64,000 bases of DNA from an uncultured Acidobacteriota bacterium (GCA_963805975.1 CAWDVR010000002.1:640001-704000); one strand, 5' to 3'. Counted from the first letter of the stretch, positions 38,351 through 49,626 are shown. The notes: generated by a model not told the origin, from the letters alone. Numbers and translations are program-made.

Positions 38351-39034
38351 CTACTCTTCGTCGCTGCCCAGCACTTCGAAATCGTCGTCGGCATCGCCCA
38401 GCCGGAAGGCGGTGCCCACGGTTTCTACCACGCCCTCGGGCCCTAGGAGGAGCGCCGAGCCCGCCGGCAGGCCCACGCCCCAGCGCACGCCCGGCGAGCC
38501 CAGGAGCTGGCGCAGCCGCCGGTCGTGGCCGGGGTCGAAGTTCGGTTCCAGGACGCCGTCCGGGAGCCAGCCGAGGCCGGGGATGGAGGAGCGGGTGAGG
38601 AGGCTCCGCGCCACCTTGCCCGCCGCCTGCGCCGCGGCGGCGATCGCCACCACGATGCCGTCTCCGGCGAGCCTGGCGGCGAGGACCTCGCCGGCCAGGG
38701 TGCCCGGCAGCGTCTCGAGCAGATGATCCGTGACGCCGCCGCCCAGGTATACGGCCGCCGCCGCCGCGATCCGCTCCGCGTTCTTGCCGCGTGCCGCGTC
38801 CCGGCCGCGGTAGACCGGGATCACTTCCACCTCGCGGCCGAAGACCTCGCCCATGTAGGTCGCGAAGTGGCGGCCGTAGTCCGCCGAGTCGCTCGCCGTG
38901 GGCAGGAAACCGATCGCGCCCGGCGGCGCCTTGGCCAGCCAGGCGCGGTCGGCCTCCTCGGTCTCGCCGAAGCTGAACTCGCCGCCACCCACCAGGCAGA
39001 GCCAGCCGGTGCCTGGGACGCGGTTGAACTTCAC
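38351..39034 (-). CDS. Peptidase E/cyanophycinase (S51)-fold protein lacking catalytic residues
   Basis: LVGGGEF, FLPTAS, YLGGG. The GxSAGA position reads AIAAAA. Confidence 0.7.
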   Translation of the reverse strand: MKFNRVPGTGWLCLVGGGEFSFGETEEADRAWLAKAPPGAIGFLPTASDSADYGRHFATYMGEVFGREVEVIPVYRGRDAARGKNAERIAAAAAVYLGGGVTDHLLETLPGTLAGEVLAARLAGDGIVVAIAAAAQAAGKVARSLLTRSSIPGLGWLPDGVLEPNFDPGHDRRLRQLLGSPGVRWGVGLPAGSALLLGPEGVVETVGTAFRLGDADDDFEVLGSDEE

Positions 39035-39036
39035 GG

Positions 39037-39145
39037 GCCCTCACCCCGTCCCTCTCCCGCGAGCGGGAGAAGGCGCCACCTCCCACCCCCGCGGGCTCCG
39101 GTCCCCTCGCCCCGCGCAAGCGGGGAGAGGGCTAGGGTGAGGGGC
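39037..39145. repeat. REP-like inverted doublet (CCCTCACCC..CCCTCTCCC family)
   Basis: GCCCTCACCCCGTCCCTCTCCCGCGAGCGGGAGAAGG ... GGGGAGAGGGCTAGGGTGAGGGGC. Partial copy near 37590-37608. Confidence 0.75.
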
Positions 39146-39152
39146 TCCGGTC

Positions 39153-40025
39153 TCACCGCGCGAGCGCCCTCTGGACGGTCGTCCCCAGCTCGGCCGGCGA
39201 CTCGCAGACGTGGAGACCGGCCTCCTGCATCGCCGCCATCTTCTCCGCCGCCGTGCCCTTGCCGCCGGCGATGATCGCGCCCGCGTGGCCCATGCGGCGG
39301 CCCGGCGGTGCCGTGCGGCCGGCGATGAAGCCCACCACGGGCCGGTCGAAATGCTCCTTGATCCACGCCGCCGCCTCTTCCTCGGCGCTGCCGCCGATCT
39401 CGCCGATCAGGATCACCGCCTCGGTGTCGCCGTCGGTGCGGAAAGCGGTCAGCACGTCGATGAAGTTGGTGCCGTTGACCGGGTCGCCGCCGATCCCGAC
39501 GCAGGTCGACTGGCCGAACCCCAGGTTGGTGAGCTGCCAGACCGCCTCGTAGGTGAGCGTTCCCGAACGGCTGATGACGCCCACCCCGCCCCGGCGATGG
39601 ATGTGCCCCGGCATGATGCCGATCTTCGCCATTCCCGGCGAGATAACGCCCGGGCAGTTGGGGCCGATGAGTCGTGTGGGATGGTCCCGGAGGAAGGCCT
39701 TGACGCGCAGCATGTCCGCCACCGGCACGCCCTCGGTGATGCAGACCACGAGGTCGATCCCCGCCGCCGCGGCCTCCATGATGGCGTCGGCCGCGAACGG
39801 CGGCGGCACGAAGATCATAGTCGCGTTGGCGCCGGTCTCCGCCCGCGCCTCGGCCACCGAGTCGAAGACCGGGATGCCTTCGACCGTCTCGCCGCCCTTG
39901 CCGGGCGTCACCCCGCCCACCACCTGCGTGCCGTAATCGCGGCAGCCCAAAGCGTGGAAGGTGCCCTCTTTGCCGGTGATGCCCTGCACCAGAAGGCGCG
40001 TCTCGTTGTTCACCCAGATCGCCAT
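39153..40025 (-). CDS. sucD: Succinyl-CoA synthetase alpha subunit
   Basis: QGITGK, IGPNCPG, RMGHAGA. Confidence 0.97.
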   Translation of the reverse strand: MAIWVNNETRLLVQGITGKEGTFHALGCRDYGTQVVGGVTPGKGGETVEGIPVFDSVAEARAETGANATMIFVPPPFAADAIMEAAAAGIDLVVCITEGVPVADMLRVKAFLRDHPTRLIGPNCPGVISPGMAKIGIMPGHIHRRGGVGVISRSGTLTYEAVWQLTNLGFGQSTCVGIGGDPVNGTNFIDVLTAFRTDGDTEAVILIGEIGGSAEEEAAAWIKEHFDRPVVGFIAGRTAPPGRRMGHAGAIIAGGKGTAAEKMAAMQEAGLHVCESPAELGTTVQRALAR

Positions 40026-40027
40026 GG

Positions 40028-41197
<1,170 letters not shown>

Positions 41198-41317
41198 GCT
41201 CTCCTCCTAAGTTTCGCTGGATCGCTGCCAGAGCTGCCTCAAGAGCCAGGATATCCGTGCCTCGCGGGCTCGCTTGCGGAGCGCGGAGTGTAGCAAGGGT
41301 GCGGCGCCAGTGACACC

Positions 41318-41345
41318 TTGACCCGTTTCTTGCTTCGGGTATAAA
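41318..41345 (+). promoter_or_regulatory. Sigma70-like promoter upstream of vapBC
   Basis: TTGACC-N16-TATAAA. Confidence 0.45.
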
Positions 41346-41468
41346 AACCGCGATTTCGCGGGCCGGGCTCGGGCCGTCTTCTCGCCTGGTAAGCCTCGCT
41401 CCACCCGCCTTGAGCTTCGGGAGGCTGCTGATCTAGAATCTATATTGAATTCTAGAAGGGAGAAGCTA

Positions 41469-41723
41469 GTGGCCCTCAGCATCAAGCATCCTGAAGCCGA
41501 CACCCTGGCCCGAGAGGTCTCCAAGCTGACCGGTGAGAGCTTGACCGAGGCTGTGGTGAGCTCTCTCAGAGAGCGTCTGCGAGTGATCCGCGGGCGTGCA
41601 TCGGCACCCCGGCTCGAGGAGGAACTGGCGGCGATCCGGCAGCGGTGCTCCACTCTGCCCGTGCTCGACTCGCGTAGCGCCGAGGAGATCCTGGGATACG
41701 ACGACCGGGGCCTGCCGCGCTGA
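41469..41723 (+). CDS. vapB: VapB antitoxin (Rv0623-like)
   Basis: [28 protein letters not shown]. Confidence 0.88.
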   Translation: MALSIKHPEADTLAREVSKLTGESLTEAVVSSLRERLRVIRGRASAPRLEEELAAIRQRCSTLPVLDSRSAEEILGYDDRGLPR

Positions 41724-42121
41724 TGGTGATTGACTCCTCGGCGTTGCTGGCGATCCTTTGCGACGAGCCCGAGGCTCCGACGTTCGAGGCGGCAATCGCG
41801 GTCGATCCGGTGCGCCTGCTCTCGGCCTCTTCCTTCCTAGAGACAGCGATAGTCGTCGAGACGCGTTTCGGTGAAGCGGGCGGACGCGAGCTCGACCTCC
41901 TGATCCACAAGGCGCAAGTCGAAATCATCGCCGTCACCGCCGAGCAGGTCGAGCTGGCGCGGCAAGCATTCCGGGCCTTCGGCAAAGGCAGGCATCCCGC
42001 AGGCTTGAACTACGGCGACCTCTTCGCCTATGCACTCAGCCACGTCTCCGGCGAGCCGCTGCTCTACAAGGGCCAGGACTTCGCGAAGACCGATGTGGCT
42101 TCGGTTCACCTGCCGGCCTGA
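41723..42121 (+). CDS. vapC: VapC PIN toxin
   Basis: [27 protein letters not shown]. Confidence 0.9.
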   Translation: MVIDSSALLAILCDEPEAPTFEAAIAVDPVRLLSASSFLETAIVVETRFGEAGGRELDLLIHKAQVEIIAVTAEQVELARQAFRAFGKGRHPAGLNYGDLFAYALSHVSGEPLLYKGQDFAKTDVASVHLPA

Positions 42122-42233
42122 GCTCCGGCCGCGGGGCGGGAATCACACCCATCGCTTGGGCCACTCCCACTCCAAAACCGCCCGAACTACCGGAAGCTCG
42201 CCGTCAGCGCGTGGCCGCTATACTGCGAGTGCC

Positions 42234-42455
42234 ATGCGCTCAGTAGCTGACACGATGCGCGAGGAGCTCGAAGAGCGCGTTCGCGCTCTCAGTCCGAAGC
42301 GCCGCCTGGAGCTTGCGTTCGAGATGGGCCAGAACGACCTCGCGTTGCTCCAGGCTGCTCAGAATCTGGATCGCGAGGCAGCTCTGCGCCTCCTGCGCCG
42401 ACAACGACAGGCCGGGCGACGACCCTCCAGTTGCATGCAGGAACTCGAAGGGTGA
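42234..42455 (+). CDS. Small hypothetical partner of a nucleotidyltransferase
   Basis: MRSVADTMREE...LSPKRRLELA; GTGA overlap with the next gene. Confidence 0.55.
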   Translation: MRSVADTMREELEERVRALSPKRRLELAFEMGQNDLALLQAAQNLDREAALRLLRRQRQAGRRPSSCMQELEG

Positions 42456-42982
42456 CCTTGCTGGCCCTTGTCGTCGAGGCGCTGGAGCGCGCTGAGCTCC
42501 GCTTCGCCGTGATCGGCGCTGCCGTGCTTCCGACGCTCGGCGTCAGCCGCTCCACCCTGGATTTCGACCTTCTCTCCACGGATCCACGCTGCCTCCAGGC
42601 TCAGACCTGGGACCTCCTGGGCAAGAGTGCCGTTCAAACCGACATCCGTCACGGCGATCTCTCCGACCCTCTGCTCGGCGTGGTGCGGTTCACGCGTCTC
42701 GAGGAAATCGCAGTCGATCTCGTGGTGGGCCGCTCGTCTTGGCAGACCCGAGCAATCACGCGGGCGCGGGCACTACCGACAGCCGGCCTCACTCTACCGG
42801 TCGTCCGCGGCGAAGACCTGATCCTGCTGAAGCTCTTCGCCGGCGGGCCGCAGGATCTCTGGGACGTTCAGCAGATCCTGCACGGCCCGACGAGGCGCGA
42901 GCTGATCGCCGCCGTGGAGCGGGATCTGGGCGATCTGCCGGAGGAGGCGCGACGGCTGTGGCAATCGGTCGTGGCCCCCTGA
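42452..42982 (+). CDS. Pol-beta-like nucleotidyltransferase (AbiEii/DUF6036-like)
   Basis: AVIGAAV, RSTLDFDL, VDL, EDLILLKL..GGPQDLWD. Confidence 0.7.
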   Translation: MTLLALVVEALERAELRFAVIGAAVLPTLGVSRSTLDFDLLSTDPRCLQAQTWDLLGKSAVQTDIRHGDLSDPLLGVVRFTRLEEIAVDLVVGRSSWQTRAITRARALPTAGLTLPVVRGEDLILLKLFAGGPQDLWDVQQILHGPTRRELIAAVERDLGDLPEEARRLWQSVVAP

Positions 42983-43040
42983 GACGCCGGGAGAACCTCG
43001 CACCTGCCACCTCCGTATCCCTCTCTCGGAGGATCCATCG

Positions 43041-44738
43041 ATGAGAACGAGCCTCAGACGTTGGGCCCGCGGTGCGAGCGCCGCGGTCTTGCTGCTTTCT
43101 ACCGCCGGCTCTACGTGGGCAGCGAAGGAAGAGAACCTCACGACGCGGGTGGATGCCGTGTTCGAGGAGTACACCAAGGCCGGGTCGCCGGGGTGTGCCG
43201 TGGGTGTGATCCAGGACGGCCGGCTGGTGCAGCGGAAAGGCTATGGCCTGGCGAACCTGGAGCACGAGGTGCCTATCACGCCGCAGACCGTGTTCGACAT
43301 CGGCTCGACCGCGAAGCAGTTCACCGCCGCGAGCGTGCTCCTGCTGGCCCAGGACGGCAAGCTGTCGTTGGACGACGACGTCCGCAAGCTCGTCCCCGAG
43401 ATCCCGGACTACGGCACGCCGGCCACCATCCGCCATCTCCTCCACCACACCAGCGGCCTGCGCGACTACATCAACCTGATGATCCTCGGCGGGAGCCGCG
43501 AGGAAGACCTCACCACCGCCAAGGACGCGCTCGCCGTCCTCGCCCGCCAGAAGGCGCTCGATTTCGCGCCGGGAGACGAGCACAGCTACAGCAACAGCGG
43601 CTACTTCCTGCTCTCGGTGATCGTCGAGCGGGCGAGCGGCAAGTCGCTTGCCGACTTCGCCCGCGAGCGCCTCTTCGTGCCGCTGGGCATGGAGAGCACA
43701 CAGTTCCTGGACGACCACACGCAGGTGATCCGGCGGCGAGCGTCGAGCTACGCGCCGCGCGAGGAGGGCGGCTTCGCCGCCACTCTCTCCGACTGGGAGC
43801 AGACCGGCGATGGCGCCGTGCTGACCACCATCGAAGACCTGGCCAAGTGGGACCAGAACTTCTACACGCCGCGGGTGGGAGGCCCGGCGCTCCTCGCCGA
43901 GCTCCAAACCAAGGGGACCCTCAACAGCGGCGAGACGATCCCCTACGCCCGCGGCCTGTTGGTGGACGAGCAACGTGGCCATCGGCGGGTCTCCCACGGA
44001 GGCGCGTGGGTGGGCTTCCGCGCCCAGATGATGCGCTTCCCCGACGACCGCTTGACCGTCATCACTCTCTGCAACCTGGCGACGGCGGACGCCTCGGCCC
44101 TAGCGCGGAAGGTAGCGGATCTCTACCTGCCGGAGGCTCCACAGCCCGCAAAGCCGACAGTGGCCCCGGCGCCACGAGCGGCGGCGGTGGCGCTCGCGCC
44201 GGCCGAGCTCGCAACCTACAGCGGCGTCTTCTGGAACGAGAGCACCGCGTTCGTCCGCCGGCTCGTGGTGCACGACGGCAAGCTCTTCTATTTCCGCGGT
44301 CCGGGCAACGAGACCGAGCTGGTGCCCCTGGGGGATGGCCACTTCGCCTTTGCAGATGCACCGGAATTCCGCCTCACCGTGGCGGCCGAGGCCGGTGGCG
44401 GCCGCCGGCTCACGCTCGAGGGCGCTGGCCCAGCGGTCGAGCTGGTGGAGGTCGAGCCGGCCCAGCCTGCGGCCGAGGAGCTACCCGCCTACGCCGGCTC
44501 GTTCTGGAGCGAGGAGCTGGACACCACGATGCGGCTCTCGGTCGCCGCGGGCAAGCTCGTGATCGAGGACCGCCGCGGGAAGCGCATCGAGCTCGAGCCG
44601 CTCGTCTGGGACACCTTCAGCGGCCGTGGCTTGACTCTGCGCTTCTCCCGCGACGCCGCGGGCGGGGTGACCGGCTTCGCCCTCACCGTGGGCCGCGCCC
44701 GGAACCTCGGCTTCACCCGCGCGCCGGCTCCGCGGTGA
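43041..44738 (+). CDS. Beta-lactamase/serine hydrolase family (S12) protein, secreted
   Basis: STAK (SxxK), LLHHTSG, YSN, HGG. Confidence 0.9.
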   Translation: MRTSLRRWARGASAAVLLLSTAGSTWAAKEENLTTRVDAVFEEYTKAGSPGCAVGVIQDGRLVQRKGYGLANLEHEVPITPQTVFDIGSTAKQFTAASVLLLAQDGKLSLDDDVRKLVPEIPDYGTPATIRHLLHHTSGLRDYINLMILGGSREEDLTTAKDALAVLARQKALDFAPGDEHSYSNSGYFLLSVIVERASGKSLADFARERLFVPLGMESTQFLDDHTQVIRRRASSYAPREEGGFAATLSDWEQTGDGAVLTTIEDLAKWDQNFYTPRVGGPALLAELQTKGTLNSGETIPYARGLLVDEQRGHRRVSHGGAWVGFRAQMMRFPDDRLTVITLCNLATADASALARKVADLYLPEAPQPAKPTVAPAPRAAAVALAPAELATYSGVFWNESTAFVRRLVVHDGKLFYFRGPGNETELVPLGDGHFAFADAPEFRLTVAAEAGGGRRLTLEGAGPAVELVEVEPAQPAAEELPAYAGSFWSEELDTTMRLSVAAGKLVIEDRRGKRIELEPLVWDTFSGRGLTLRFSRDAAGGVTGFALTVGRARNLGFTRAPAPR

Positions 44739-44786
44739 TCGGAGCCAACGCCGGGTGGAGAGCCGGGTTGAGAGTCTCGCCGCAGG

Positions 44787-45089
44787 TCAGCGAGGCGCCT
44801 TCGGTGTCGAGCGGGACGGGCTGCCGATCTCGAGGCCGATCGGAGGCGGAGCGGAGGATCTCGGGTCCATGGATGGCATGAAGTAGGGGCAGGAAGGCGT
44901 CCAGGGACAGCACGGGCTCACCGGCTTGCAAGCCCAGACCGGCACGACGACGGGGGGATGGGACGCCTGGATCCCCGGCTGCGCGGAGCGGGCGGGCTGG
45001 GCCGAGCCTTGGTCGAAGCTGAAGGCCGCGGCCAGTGCCACGAGGCTGAAGACGAGCGCCGTGGCGCACTTGCGAAGCATGCTGTTCAT
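44787..45089 (-). CDS. Small secreted Pro/Cys-rich peptide
   Basis: AAGGAGGAGG RBS, signal peptide, PVWACKPVSPCCPWTPSCPY. Confidence 0.6.
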   Translation of the reverse strand: MNSMLRKCATALVFSLVALAAAFSFDQGSAQPARSAQPGIQASHPPVVVPVWACKPVSPCCPWTPSCPYFMPSMDPRSSAPPPIGLEIGSPSRSTPKAPR

Positions 45090-45162
45090 AGTTTCCTCCT
45101 CCTTGTTTGTACTCAGAGTAGAGGAGGACCCGGGACCCGAGAACTGGCAAAGGTGAGGAGCC

Positions 45163-45184
45163 GGCCCTGCCTTTCGGCAGGGCC
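45163..45184 (-). terminator. Hairpin after the DinB-family gene
   Basis: GGCCCTGCC-GAAA-GGCAGGGCC on the minus strand, 10 nt past the stop codon. Confidence 0.55.
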
Positions 45185-45194
45185 AGGAGAGGCC

Positions 45195-45704
45195 CTACAT
45201 GTTGCCTTCGTCCGCGGACGGGCCGTAGATCGACGGCAGTGGAACGTCGTTCAGCCGCAGATAGACGCCGAGCTGGGCGCGATGGTGGATCATGTGGCTC
45301 AGCACGAACGAGCGGATCACGACGGCCTTCGGCAGAGTGAAGATCTCGTGGCCGCCGGAGAGCAGCTTCCAGGGCTTCCCGAACTCCTCGTCCGAGCAGC
45401 CGGCCAGCGCCGCCCGCGCTTCCTTCACGAAGCCATCGAACTTCTCGAGCAGCTCGGCAGTGCTCGACGGCACGTACGGCTGCCACGGAGCGGCGCCTGC
45501 CGGAGCGAAGTCGAGCTCGTCCTGCAGGATGGTGACGGTGGTCCAGGAGGGTATCTCGGCCACGTGCCCGGCCAGGCTGCCCAGGGACGTCGACTTCTCG
45601 TGCGGCTTGTACTCGAGGCGGTCCTCCGGCACCCGCTCCAGGGTCTTCCGGGTGCTGGCCATCTCTTGATCGAACTCGGGAAGCAGCATCTCGCTCAGGC
45701 TCAT
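45195..45704 (-). CDS. DinB/YfiT (DUF664) family protein
   Basis: LAGH, HMIHHRAQLGVYLR, PSIYGPSAD. Confidence 0.88.
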   Translation of the reverse strand: MSLSEMLLPEFDQEMASTRKTLERVPEDRLEYKPHEKSTSLGSLAGHVAEIPSWTTVTILQDELDFAPAGAAPWQPYVPSSTAELLEKFDGFVKEARAALAGCSDEEFGKPWKLLSGGHEIFTLPKAVVIRSFVLSHMIHHRAQLGVYLRLNDVPLPSIYGPSADEGNM

Positions 45705-45748
45705 GGTTTCCTCCGTGGTTGGGGGCCGGATCTTAGCCGAGCGCCGGG

Positions 45749-48157
45749 CTAGGGGACCCGCAGCACGAGCACTGTTTGATCGTCGTCACGCGGTGCACCG
45801 TGGGTGTGGGTCTCCACGTCCTGGAGCACCGCGTCCCGCAGGCGGGCCACACCCAAGTGATGGTGTCTCTTGAGGCTCTGCTCGAGCCGATCGAAGCCGA
45901 ACATGTCCTCGCTGTCCTCCGGCCGCGCCTCGACCAGCCCGTCCGACAGCAGGAACAGCGTGTCTCCGGAGCCCAGACGGGCGAGCCGTGCCTCGACGGC
46001 CAGATCGCTCCGCACACCCAAGGGGTAGGCCACGAACTCGAGCGGGTGGACTCCCCCCTCGCCGGTCACGATGTAGGGGTAGAGGTGGCCGGCGCTGGCG
46101 TAGAGCAGCTCGCGCTTGACCGGGTCGAGCACCGCGTAGCAGAGGGTCGCGAGCAGGCGCTTCCTGGCGCTCTGGTAGACCACCCGGTTGAGGGTGGCGA
46201 AGACCGCCTCGACCCGCGGGTTGAAGGTCACCTGCACGGCGAGCGCCGAACGCGCCATCGACATCACGAGCCCGGAGGAGACGCCATGGCCGGCGACGTC
46301 CCCCACCGCCACCGCCAGCCGCCCGTCCTCGAGCGCCAGCACGTCGTAGAAGTCGCCGCCCACCTCCGAGGCCGGGAGGTACGAGTGGGCGATCTCGACA
46401 CCGTTCAACTGCGGCGGCAGGTCGGGCAGGATCGTGCTCTGGATGCGCCGCGCGGTCTCCAGCTCCACCCGCTGGCGCTCGCGCTCGGCGATGCGGCGCA
46501 CGTGCGGCGGCACGTCGTCGTAGCGGTAGACGAACTCCTTGCCCGAGGTGATGTGGCGCAGGCTCACCGCCAGCGGCAGCAGGGCGACGAACACCGGGAT
46601 GGCGGCCTGCAGCTCGAGCCAGGGGTGGCCGGAGGTAAGGAAGGCGTAGGCGGAGAGCAGCACGGTGCCGGTCAGCGAGGCGAGGAGCGAGGTGGCAAGC
46701 CCGTAGCGCAGGAAGAGCACCACGTGCACGGCGGCCAGGAGCAGCCAGATCGGGAGGCTGTAGAGCATCGGGAAGGCGACGACCGGCGGGAAGAAGATCA
46801 GCGCGCCGATCACCGCGGCGACCGCCGCCCCGCCCCAGGTGCCCAGCCGGCGCACCAGGGCGGAAGTCAAGAGCAGGCGGCCGAAGAGCTCGGCGTAGAG
46901 GACGTGGAAGGCCACGAAGCAGAGCATCGCGACCCCGAACCAAGTGGCGCCGTCCCACCAGGGACCGAAGAGGTTCCCGAGCGTCACCCAGGCGCCCATC
47001 CGCGCCGCCACCAGGAGGCTCAGCACTTGGAGGGCGGCGAGCGCGATGCCGCACACCAGCCCGCGCAGCGCCGCGGCGGCCACCGTCGCGTTCGCCCAGT
47101 CGCCCTTGAACAGGGCGTCGAAGGCGGCGAGCCGTTGCGGCGCCCGGTCGCGGCACAGCACCTCGCCCACGCTCCAGCCGAGGGCCGAGAGCACGGCGAC
47201 CGGAAAGAAATAGGTGACCAGCACCAAGAGGGAGACAACCCAGGAGATCTGGGGCCGGGTGAGCGTCGGACCGAAATCGCTGCCGAGGCCCATGGCGGCG
47301 GCCGAGAGCACGGTGGCCACCAGGCCGAGGCCGGCCGAGAGCACCGCGATCTGCGTCCCGCGCCGGATGCCGATCTCGCCCTCGTGGTAGCGGCGCACGA
47401 AGAAGATCATCACCACCGGCAGGATCAGAAAGGGCAGCAGGCGCCAGCCGATCTGGCCGAGCACGAAGAGGCTCATCAACGTGCCCCACTGCTTTTCCTT
47501 CGGGTTCTCGACCCAGGGCTCGTAGCCGGTGAGGCGGTCGCCGGCAAAGCCGACCTCGAGGCCGTAGGCCACCTCGGCGCCGAGCGGCCGGCCGCGCAGC
47601 CGGTAGAGGAAACGCCGGTCGACCCGTTCGGCGAGCTGCTGGCTGCGGACCTCCGGCTCCTCGAGCTCCCCGAGGTCGAAGCCCTGCTCGGTGAGGAAGG
47701 CGTCGGCGCGGGCACGGGCCGCCGCCGGGTCGATCTCGCCCGCCTTCGCCTCCGGCGGCAGGCGCATCCGGAGCGCCACGATCTCCCCGGAGGGCGCGAT
47801 GCGAGCCCGGTAGGTCCACTCGCCGGCGTGCGCCGTACGCTCGTACACCCGCACCAGCCAGCAGAGAGTTTGCGCGCGCACCCGCTCCCGCACCGCGGCC
47901 GGCACCTCGCCGGTCTTCTCGAGCTGCCAGACGGCCTGGCCCACGTCGTCGTCGTAGTCGAGGCTCGCCTCCACGTAGGGGTTCGCCACCGGGTCCCCGA
48001 GATCCCGCAGCCGCTCCAGGGTGGTGGCGACCGCCTCGCCCTTCGAGACCGTCCAGCGCTCGGGCAGCCAGGGGAAGGCGCGCGGGAACGCCCAGAGGAA
48101 GAGGACGAGCGCCAGCGCGCCGCCGAGCAGCCAGCCGAGCAGGGTCTTGGGTCTCAT
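45749..48157 (-). CDS. Membrane PP2C/SpoIIE-family phosphatase with periplasmic and multi-TM sensor regions
   Basis: VGGDFYD, GDVAGHG, SAGH, SDGLVE, DDQT. Confidence 0.88.
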   Translation of the reverse strand: MRPKTLLGWLLGGALALVLFLWAFPRAFPWLPERWTVSKGEAVATTLERLRDLGDPVANPYVEASLDYDDDVGQAVWQLEKTGEVPAAVRERVRAQTLCWLVRVYERTAHAGEWTYRARIAPSGEIVALRMRLPPEAKAGEIDPAAARARADAFLTEQGFDLGELEEPEVRSQQLAERVDRRFLYRLRGRPLGAEVAYGLEVGFAGDRLTGYEPWVENPKEKQWGTLMSLFVLGQIGWRLLPFLILPVVMIFFVRRYHEGEIGIRRGTQIAVLSAGLGLVATVLSAAAMGLGSDFGPTLTRPQISWVVSLLVLVTYFFPVAVLSALGWSVGEVLCRDRAPQRLAAFDALFKGDWANATVAAAALRGLVCGIALAALQVLSLLVAARMGAWVTLGNLFGPWWDGATWFGVAMLCFVAFHVLYAELFGRLLLTSALVRRLGTWGGAAVAAVIGALIFFPPVVAFPMLYSLPIWLLLAAVHVVLFLRYGLATSLLASLTGTVLLSAYAFLTSGHPWLELQAAIPVFVALLPLAVSLRHITSGKEFVYRYDDVPPHVRRIAERERQRVELETARRIQSTILPDLPPQLNGVEIAHSYLPASEVGGDFYDVLALEDGRLAVAVGDVAGHGVSSGLVMSMARSALAVQVTFNPRVEAVFATLNRVVYQSARKRLLATLCYAVLDPVKRELLYASAGHLYPYIVTGEGGVHPLEFVAYPLGVRSDLAVEARLARLGSGDTLFLLSDGLVEARPEDSEDMFGFDRLEQSLKRHHHLGVARLRDAVLQDVETHTHGAPRDDDQTVLVLRVP

Positions 48158-48293
48158 TTGGCCGTCCATCCTACCTTTCAACCGCCGGCACCCGAGAGGT
48201 TAGTACGCGCACCGGCGCGGTTCGTTCCGCGGCGGCGATGCGATACTGTTGCCGGCCCTGGAACCCCAAAAACGCCTGCACCGAGGAACCCCG

Positions 48294-49292
48294 ATGAGCC
48301 CCTCCTCTTCCAGCAAGACGCCCCTCCGAGTCGCCGTCACCGGCGCCGCCGGCAACATCGGCTACGCGCTGGTCTTCCGCATCGCCGCCGGCGACCTCTT
48401 CGGTCCCGACCAGCCGGTCACCCTGCAACTGATCGAGATCCCCTCCGTCCTCGACACCTTGAAGGGCGTGGTGATGGAGCTCTCCGACTGCGCGTTCCCG
48501 CTGCTGGCCGGCGTGGTCGCGACCGCCGACCTGGCCGAGGGCTTCGGCGGCGCCGACGCCGCCTTCCTGGTGGGCGCCCGCCCACGCGGGCCGGGCATGG
48601 AGAGGAAGGATCTCCTCTCCGCCAACGGCGCCATCTTCGGCCCGCAGGGCAAGGCGCTCGCCGCGCACGCCGCGAAGGACGTGAAGGTGCTGGTGGTGGG
48701 CAACCCCGCCAACACCAACTGCCTGATCGCGGCGGAGAACGCGGGCGGGCTCGACCCGCGGCAGTTCCACGCCATGACCCGGCTCGATCACAACCGCGCC
48801 CTCTCGCAGCTCGCCGAGAAGACCGGCAGCCACGTCAACGACATCCGCCGCATGACGATCTGGGGCAACCACTCCTCCACCCAGTTCCCGGACGTGGCCC
48901 ACACGACGATCGGCGGCCAGCCGGCGACGGGCCTCTTCGACGAGGGCTGGTACCGCGACACCTTCATCCCCACCGTGCAGCAGCGCGGCGCGGCGATCAT
49001 CAAGGCGCGCGGCGCCTCCTCCGCGGCCTCGGCGGCCTCGGCGGCGATCGACCACGTGCGGGACTGGGTGCGCGGCACGCCCGAGGGCGACTGGGTGTCG
49101 ATGGCCGTGCCGTCGGACGGCAGCTACGGCATCGCTCCGGGCGTCGTCTACTCCTACCCCTGCGTGTGCAAGGACGGGGACTACGAGATCGTCCAGGGCC
49201 TCGACTGCGACGAGTGGAGCCGCGGCAAGATGGCCGCCACCGAGGCCGAGCTGCGCGAAGAGCGGGCCGCGGTGGAGGAGCTGTTGGGGTAG
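48294..49292 (+). CDS. mdh: Malate dehydrogenase
   Basis: [32 protein letters not shown]. Confidence 0.96.
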   Translation: MSPSSSSKTPLRVAVTGAAGNIGYALVFRIAAGDLFGPDQPVTLQLIEIPSVLDTLKGVVMELSDCAFPLLAGVVATADLAEGFGGADAAFLVGARPRGPGMERKDLLSANGAIFGPQGKALAAHAAKDVKVLVVGNPANTNCLIAAENAGGLDPRQFHAMTRLDHNRALSQLAEKTGSHVNDIRRMTIWGNHSSTQFPDVAHTTIGGQPATGLFDEGWYRDTFIPTVQQRGAAIIKARGASSAASAASAAIDHVRDWVRGTPEGDWVSMAVPSDGSYGIAPGVVYSYPCVCKDGDYEIVQGLDCDEWSRGKMAATEAELREERAAVEELLG

Positions 49293-49296
49293 ATAC

Positions 49297-49626
49297 CTAT
49301 TCCGCGAACATCTCGGCCAGGATGGCCAGGATCTTCTTCTGGGTCGGAGCGCCGAGGCGACCGAGGCGGCGGACGAGCCGCGTCTTGTCGACGGTCCGTA
49401 GCTGGTCGAGCACGACCAGTCCTCCCTTATCGTCGAATGAGCAGCGCACGCGTGTTGGATACATCCGGCCGCGCGAGGTCATCGGCGCCACGATGACCGT
49501 GGCGATGTGCCGGTTCATCTCGTCCGGGGAAACTACCAGGCAGGGGTGGGTCTTCTGGATCTCGCTCCCTACCGTAGGGTCGAGGTTGACCAGAAATACC
49601 TCGAACCGCTCTACCTCCACTGCCAC
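49297..49626 (-). CDS. mazF: PemK/MazF toxin
   Basis: LDPTVGSEIQKTHPCLVVS, DQLRTVDK. Confidence 0.9.
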   Translation of the reverse strand: MAVEVERFEVFLVNLDPTVGSEIQKTHPCLVVSPDEMNRHIATVIVAPMTSRGRMYPTRVRCSFDDKGGLVVLDQLRTVDKTRLVRRLGRLGAPTQKKILAILAEMFAE

